Of a DNA stretch of 32,000 nucleotides, positions 27,191-32,000 are shown piece by piece. The stretch lies in assembly GCF_000011805.1 (NCBI RefSeq), contig NC_006840.2; one strand, 5' to 3'. The number at the start of each line of letters is the position of its first letter. The first letter of the stretch is position 1. The notes beneath the pieces were generated by a model that made no database searches, was not told the origin of the DNA, and saw nothing but the letters and a program-made list of their open reading frames with translations. This stretch comes from Aliivibrio fischeri ES114. GTDB taxonomy: Bacteria; Pseudomonadota; Gammaproteobacteria; Enterobacterales; Vibrionaceae. The position numbers and the translations under genes were made by a program.

Positions 27191-29206
27191 TCATTCTTCA
27201 ACAGGGTGAATCAAGCCACGGGTTCGCCATCTGTTATTATTAACTAGCGAATCAAATGGCTCATCATTGGATAATGCCAAATTATCTGCATGATCTGTTA
27301 CTATAATTTGCGGGCTAAAGCCGTAATTTCTTTTTAATTCATTACAGTAAATTGAGAGTTGACTAAATAAGTTTTCAACAGCTTTTATGTCTTCATCAAT
27401 AGGTCTATCTTTATTTGTTCTTTGATTTTCTTCCTTACTTTTTTGCTCTTCGAAACTATTAGAGTTATCACGAGAGAAATCTGGGAAATATACTTGTGTC
27501 GGTTGATCCAGAAACAATATCGAAGGAATAGAACATTTATCACCCAATTCAACAAAATACTTATGTAATGCCAAAAATAAAGTTATGTGACAATATAACC
27601 AATTTGCACCACTTCCCATTGATCGTAAGTAGATTTTTTCATTCTCGGTCGTTAAATGATAAAGATCAAATGTTTCAAATGAAAAATGAAGGTTGATAGG
27701 TTTATAGCTCGCTTCAAACGCAAAATGCCTACCAATTTCAATCATATATTCGTTTACCTTAGCTGATGCACGTTCTAAACCTTTTTGCACATCATATTTT
27801 TTCAGAGCTTCATTAATTTTCTTGAGCTGTCCACCAATCTTTTTGATCTCCTTTTCAAGCTCAACATCGTCGGCCATATTAAGAGTGTCAATAATTGCGA
27901 ATAACTTTGCCTTTTGTATTATGATGCTTTCATACAGAGTCTTTTGTTCCGCTATTTGTTTATTTGTTTTCTCGATATTTATTATTTGTTGATTTAGTTC
28001 TGTTAAATCCTTACTGACAACATCAATATGACGCTGTACATCGACTAATGAAGATTCAAACTTTGCCTTCATTGGACGAGCTTGAGCAAGATTACCCGAT
28101 ATCTTCGTGATAGCCTGTTGTAGTCTTTCTGCGCTTTGTCGTAAACTGTCTTTTTTAGTATGACAAAATGGACAAACCGAAGTCGAAATATGTGCATGCT
28201 TAGGTGAACTAAATTGTTTTACATTATCGACAAAAAGTTCTTCTTCTTGAATGTGCTTATTAATTGACGATACTTGACGCTGCAACTTCCGCAATTCAGC
28301 ATTTTTTTGATTTCTTGTAAGAGTTAACTGATTGTATAGTTGTGCAGACGCATCCGAATTATAATTAATTTTCTCAGGAACTATAATTCCATCAAGCCGC
28401 TCTTTCGCATCTTGTGGATGATGAAGTATTTTATCTAATGATAATGGTTCATATTTAAACCCCATCAAAGCATACATCTGTCTCAATACCGGACTGACTT
28501 TTTGTTTATAATTTTCTGATGTACGCTTATTTGTTTCTTTTTGGCGCTCTAAACGCCTAACTTCTGACGCAATTCGTTCTTTTTCTTGTGATAAATGAAA
28601 GAATTTTTGATCAACAAGACCTAAAAAAATCTTTGTGTGTTCAATAGCCTGATCTCGCTTTTCTTTCTCATCAAATCGATAAAATAACGCATGTTTGTTA
28701 GCAATAAGATTTTGATGTTGAAGAATAAACGATGAAAAACTACGCACCGATGGAGTTGGAGATTTTTGGTTAAATTTCCGATTAAATCGAGCAACTAAAG
28801 ATTCATCGACATCATCGATATCTAAGAAAAACGTTCTTAAATGCTTTTTAAACTCACTCAGTGGTCGAAAATAACTAGTATTAAAATAGTCTTGGTCAAT
28901 ATCTTTAGAATCAAATGCTTCAACACGACGAAAAAAACCTTTCGACGCAATAACAGGATCACGAGCAATTATCATATCCTGCCCGTTAACTGCAAGTGCA
29001 ACATAATAAATAGCAGCTTTAGTTGTAATAATCCCTTTGGGGATTGTATTTTCGCCACTACCAAAACAATAATCAAAAATTTCAATTAAAGCACTTTTAC
29101 CTGTAGAGGATTTACCTGTAACAACGTTAAGCCCAACCTTAAAATTAACAGGGTGTTTTTTACCTTGTTTATCAATAACCCCAATTTCATGAATAAGTGT
29201 ATTCAT
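27191..29206 (-). CDS. ABC-type ATPase with long coiled-coil insertion (DUF3732-like; candidate ABC-3C system ATPase)
   Basis: Walker A GKSSTGKS (res 31-38), signature-like SMGSGAN (529-535), Walker B ILFLDQP (563-569) and TDHAD (637-641). About 290 aa of helical heptad-rich sequence separates the two half-domains and has CPFC at 345-348. The N-terminus (VGLNVVTGKSSTGKSALIEIFDYCFGS) and LDQPTQVYFP match my memory of DUF3732. Confidence 0.8.
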   Translation of the reverse strand: MNTLIHEIGVIDKQGKKHPVNFKVGLNVVTGKSSTGKSALIEIFDYCFGSGENTIPKGIITTKAAIYYVALAVNGQDMIIARDPVIASKGFFRRVEAFDSKDIDQDYFNTSYFRPLSEFKKHLRTFFLDIDDVDESLVARFNRKFNQKSPTPSVRSFSSFILQHQNLIANKHALFYRFDEKEKRDQAIEHTKIFLGLVDQKFFHLSQEKERIASEVRRLERQKETNKRTSENYKQKVSPVLRQMYALMGFKYEPLSLDKILHHPQDAKERLDGIIVPEKINYNSDASAQLYNQLTLTRNQKNAELRKLQRQVSSINKHIQEEELFVDNVKQFSSPKHAHISTSVCPFCHTKKDSLRQSAERLQQAITKISGNLAQARPMKAKFESSLVDVQRHIDVVSKDLTELNQQIINIEKTNKQIAEQKTLYESIIIQKAKLFAIIDTLNMADDVELEKEIKKIGGQLKKINEALKKYDVQKGLERASAKVNEYMIEIGRHFAFEASYKPINLHFSFETFDLYHLTTENEKIYLRSMGSGANWLYCHITLFLALHKYFVELGDKCSIPSILFLDQPTQVYFPDFSRDNSNSFEEQKSKEENQRTNKDRPIDEDIKAVENLFSQLSIYCNELKRNYGFSPQIIVTDHADNLALSNDEPFDSLVNNNRWRTRGLIHPVEE

Positions 29207-29667
29207 CGTGGTTTTACTCCTAAAAATGCATAAACCTCAACCACTGAGTGCCCACAAAATAATCGCCCTAACTTTTCTGCACTTTTTTGATAGATAAAAG
29301 CTACATCAGAACATTCACTTTTACGAATAGATAAATCTTCTTCATCTACCAATAACCAATCATTGACTAAGCAATATTGAATACACTGTTCAGTTAAGGT
29401 TTGAAATCCATCAATTCGCTCCTGCAAATCGTAGAATTTGGAACGGTCTTCGAAAATTGACCAAATAGAACTTCGTCTTTTATCTCCAAATACAGCTCCC
29501 GAAATTTTTTTCCGAAAATCAGGATGACTACACAATGGGATGACCAAAGGAGCAAACAAAAGATTATTTTCAGACTCGTCAATTGCAGTATAAAAAGAAG
29601 CTAAGTAAGAACTATATTCAAATGGATTGTATTTTAATTCGTACAAAGCATCGACAATACTACTCAT
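29203..29667 (-). CDS. Small protein, candidate ABC-3C 'middle component' adaptor
   Basis: 154 aa with no catalytic motif. ATGA overlaps with both neighbours imply translational coupling. Size and central position match the middle component of three-component ABC systems. Confidence 0.6.
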   Translation of the reverse strand: MSSIVDALYELKYNPFEYSSYLASFYTAIDESENNLLFAPLVIPLCSHPDFRKKISGAVFGDKRRSSIWSIFEDRSKFYDLQERIDGFQTLTEQCIQYCLVNDWLLVDEEDLSIRKSECSDVAFIYQKSAEKLGRLFCGHSVVEVYAFLGVKPR

Positions 29668-30788
29668 ATCTCAACCTTCCATTTCAAATTTCGAGATTCA
29701 TCATCCATTGCGTCATGTAGCAAACCATTTTTGTATTCAATTGGAGGAATATCATTACCCATATTCAAAGGCTGCTCTCCCATAATTTTGTTATATAGTA
29801 ACTTTGAGTTTTTAATAACATCAATTGCTTCAAGTTGTGCACTTGAATAAGCAATCTTATATTTTTTAACCAATTGGTTTTGATAAACATTCGTTTTATC
29901 TCTATACAATGGATATTCGTCTAACTCTTCAAAAAGTGAATTTTGCAATTCAAGCCAATTACCTACAGCATCTGCTATCATTTCATCGTGCTCTATTTCA
30001 TAAATTTTTTGGACAAAAGGCTTATCTTGATGTAATCCGATTTCAAGTTCAGACGCTTCATAGCCTGAAAAAACTGGAAAAGTGAACTCTTTTTTACAAA
30101 AAAGAGCTGTTAATTCTTCACACTTTGTAATGAATGCATGTTGGCTGACAACCCACGACTTCTGCGTTGCCTGTGCATAAACAAAACCAACTAAGTTATT
30201 AAGGTAACTACCTAAATTATTCTTCGGAACACCAATAAGCTTAGAAAAAATCATTTTTTCTAATACTTGAACGTTATCAGCTTGTGTAAACAAAGTAACT
30301 TTACCAAGTAAATTTTCTCGTAAAGTTTTATCCGAACTCATAACTGCTCGCTGTAATTTAATAATTTGAGACGATTTGCCCCTATCAAGCAAATCCTCTT
30401 TACGTTCTGAAAAAATAGCCTCAAGTACTCCCATACGTTGATCGACTGTTTGTGTATTCCAGTCTTTTAGGCGAGTTTTTACTCCAAAAGCTTGAGTTGT
30501 ATGAAGCACTAAAAGGCCATATTGTGTATGGTCAAATTCTGGTTCCAACCAATTCTTGAGCGTTTTCCACAGGTTTTCATGATGATCAGTTAGCGGCGCG
30601 GCGTAATTTTTCACTTCAATTTGACAAGATGTAGAAGCATTTGATGAAAGTAGGCTCACATCACCATCCTTTTCAAACCAGACGGATTGACCTTCTTCAA
30701 GAGAAAAACACTTATCCAAACCAATCAGCACTTGATAATGAAAGGCTAATGCCGTTGTTAAGGCTGCATTTTTAGTTTGTCCTTTCAT
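29664..30788 (-). CDS. Effector: N-terminal Cap4/DUF4297-like PD-(D/E)xK nuclease domain + helical C-terminal domain
   Basis: N-terminus TTALAFHYQVLIGL (GFxYQ-like), then FEKDGDVSL...CQIEVKN, giving D(41/43)...E58-x-K60 of the restriction-endonuclease fold. The remaining 250 aa or so are helical with no motif I recognise. Confidence 0.65.
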   Translation of the reverse strand: MKGQTKNAALTTALAFHYQVLIGLDKCFSLEEGQSVWFEKDGDVSLLSSNASTSCQIEVKNYAAPLTDHHENLWKTLKNWLEPEFDHTQYGLLVLHTTQAFGVKTRLKDWNTQTVDQRMGVLEAIFSERKEDLLDRGKSSQIIKLQRAVMSSDKTLRENLLGKVTLFTQADNVQVLEKMIFSKLIGVPKNNLGSYLNNLVGFVYAQATQKSWVVSQHAFITKCEELTALFCKKEFTFPVFSGYEASELEIGLHQDKPFVQKIYEIEHDEMIADAVGNWLELQNSLFEELDEYPLYRDKTNVYQNQLVKKYKIAYSSAQLEAIDVIKNSKLLYNKIMGEQPLNMGNDIPPIEYKNGLLHDAMDDESRNLKWKVEI

Positions 30789-31073
30789 GCCTTTCTAGTC
30801 CTCATATTCATTTATAAAATTGTATTGAATTTTTAATTACAGGCAAACAACATTGTGCAACCATAAATGCCTACACCCTACGGTCTCCAAACTAAGCCAT
30901 CTTACCGCACGACCGCATATTCCTTCTACAAATAACAGAGCAAATCCACCACCATTTTTCAAAACTGCTTATAAATTCACAAAAGTTAACTTGGCTCAAA
31001 TACAGTCCGTTATTTATTACGCTAGACTACAGCTAATTTTCGAGTCACTTCACACTTTATCTGGCCGTACATA

Positions 31074-32000
31074 ATGACTTCATGGATTCTTTCAACAAAC
31101 CCGATTGCTCGTCTCTTTAAAAAAGAAGCGGTTGTAACAATAGATAATGATGGAATACGTATTGTTCAGGCCGAAAATGAAACCATCATTAAATGGGATC
31201 AACTAGATTCCCCACCCAATCTTTCACTTTCTATTGATGGCGGTTGTTTAACGTTTATCTCGCAAGGAAAAAACCATCGCTACCGAATGTTGGGATATTT
31301 TACGCCTTTTAAATACGCCAAGCGTTTCTTTCCCTTCTGGGCGAATCAAAATGCAGAACGTTTACAAGATTTTCTCAGTGATGCTTACATTCAGTGCACA
31401 TCAACGTTTCTTAGAGACTCTTCGATAGAAAATATCCGTGCAGTAGTACGTAATGAAATTAAACGATGGAAAGGTTGGGATAAGGTTGAAGGATTATCTG
31501 AGCTTGCGCATAAAACGGTAACTCAACTTACCAATATTCATCATTGGTCGTCAGCTGATATTGAGAAGATTCGCCAACGCTATGTGAACAAGCAATTAGC
31601 TCAATACCAAACCTTTTTTGATAGCGTTGAATCTAACCCTTTAACCAATAGACAAAGAATCGCTTGTGTTACTGATAATGACAACAACCTCTTACTTGCT
31701 GGCGCAGGAACAGGTAAAACAAGCGTTATGATCGGTAAAGCTGGGTATTTGGTTAATAGCGGTAAAGCAAGCCCAAAGCAGATCTTAATGCTCGCTTATG
31801 GTCGAATTGCTGCTCAAGAAATGAATGAGCGAATCAAAGAAAAACTGGGCTTTGATGATGTAAAAGCGAGTACCTTTCACAGCCTTGGTGTAAAAATAAT
31901 CTCTGAAGTAGAAGGCAAAGCCCCTAGCCTATCTAAGCTTGAAGATAATCCAAAAGTTAAAGCCAAATGGATGCACGATGAGATTGAAATTCTTATGCGT
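31074..32000 (+). CDS. helD: DNA helicase IV (UvrD/Rep superfamily 1), N-terminal part; 3' end outside window
   Basis: Hand-translated from the ATG at 31074 and open to the window end. FFDSVESNPLTNRQRIACVTDNDNNLLLAGAGTGKTSVMIGKAGYLVNSGKASPKQILMLAYGRIAAQEMNERI aligns closely with E. coli HelD around its Walker A as I recall it. Confidence 0.85.
   Translation, partial: MTSWILSTNPIARLFKKEAVVTIDNDGIRIVQAENETIIKWDQLDSPPNLSLSIDGGCLTFISQGKNHRYRMLGYFTPFKYAKRFFPFWANQNAERLQDFLSDAYIQCTSTFLRDSSIENIRAVVRNEIKRWKGWDKVEGLSELAHKTVTQLTNIHHWSSADIEKIRQRYVNKQLAQYQTFFDSVESNPLTNRQRIACVTDNDNNLLLAGAGTGKTSVMIGKAGYLVNSGKASPKQILMLAYGRIAAQEMNERIKEKLGFDDVKASTFHSLGVKIISEVEGKAPSLSKLEDNPKVKAKWMHDEIEILMR

Larger units (their letters stand above)
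26772..31073. other. AT-rich genomic islet (no integrase/transposase) carrying the three-gene operon, between the LysR gene and helD
   Basis: Hand-counted G+C of 60-nt lines inside the islet: 16/60, 19/60 and 20/60. In the flanks: 30/60 (rbsC), 33/60 (rbsK) and 27/60 (helD). A 10-bp direct repeat ACACTTTATC occurs at 26929-26938 and 31052-31061. Confidence 0.5.

Noticed and set aside
28841-29582. ORFs 28841-29089 (+) and 29394-29582 (-) inside the ATPase and middle-component genes
   Set aside because: They are antisense or out-of-frame shadows in very AT-rich coding DNA.
30853-31074. 73-aa plus-strand ORF between the operon and helD
   Set aside because: It has no RBS and a proline/threonine-rich, non-globular product. 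The region is more plausibly the divergent promoter space for the operon and helD.
31074-32000. helD as a fourth component of the defence operon
   Set aside because: It is on the opposite strand, has normal flank-like G+C, and aligns closely to the conserved housekeeping helicase IV. It is treated as the core-genome boundary, not part of the system.
1-32000. CRISPR arrays, tRNA/rRNA genes, IS elements, integron attC/VCR-type repeats
   Set aside because: I saw no regularly spaced direct repeats, no cloverleaf-like or rRNA-like conserved segments, and no transposase or integrase ORFs on either strand.

Overview
The window looks like a Vibrionaceae-type chromosomal segment. That assignment is an inference from gene content: a tandem glycine riboswitch very like the V. 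cholerae one in front of a sodium:alanine symporter gene, a signal-peptide Lig E-type ATP-dependent DNA ligase, and an Xds-like nuclease with a GlyGly-CTERM-like tail. About 26 kb is ordinary housekeeping or accessory metabolism. In order it holds an outer-membrane barrel fragment, small lipoproteins, a RhlE-like DEAD-box helicase, an MTH1187/YkoF-like protein and an orphan antitoxin-like HTH gene. Next come a complete rbsDACBKR ribose operon with a double RbsR-type operator, a divergent Lig E / Xds-like pair, a MATE exporter and a coiled-coil membrane protein. After those are the riboswitch and symporter, an MscS-family channel, a LysE-family exporter, an M32 carboxypeptidase, and a ThrC-like PLP enzyme + RidA + LysR module. 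The standout is an AT-rich islet of about 4.3 kb (about 26.8-31.07 kb) with no integrase, lying between the LysR gene and the core helicase IV gene helD. It carries one translationally coupled three-gene minus-strand operon: a Cap4/DUF4297-like PD-(D/E)xK nuclease protein (374 aa), a small motif-less protein (154 aa), and a DUF3732-like ABC ATPase (671 aa). The ATPase has a long coiled-coil insertion with a central CPFC motif resembling the Rad50 zinc hook. This matches the computationally proposed 'ABC three-component' (ABC-3C) conflict-system architecture. I know of no experimental characterisation of it, and it is my best candidate for the novel system. No rRNA, tRNA, CRISPR array, transposase or integrase was recognised.
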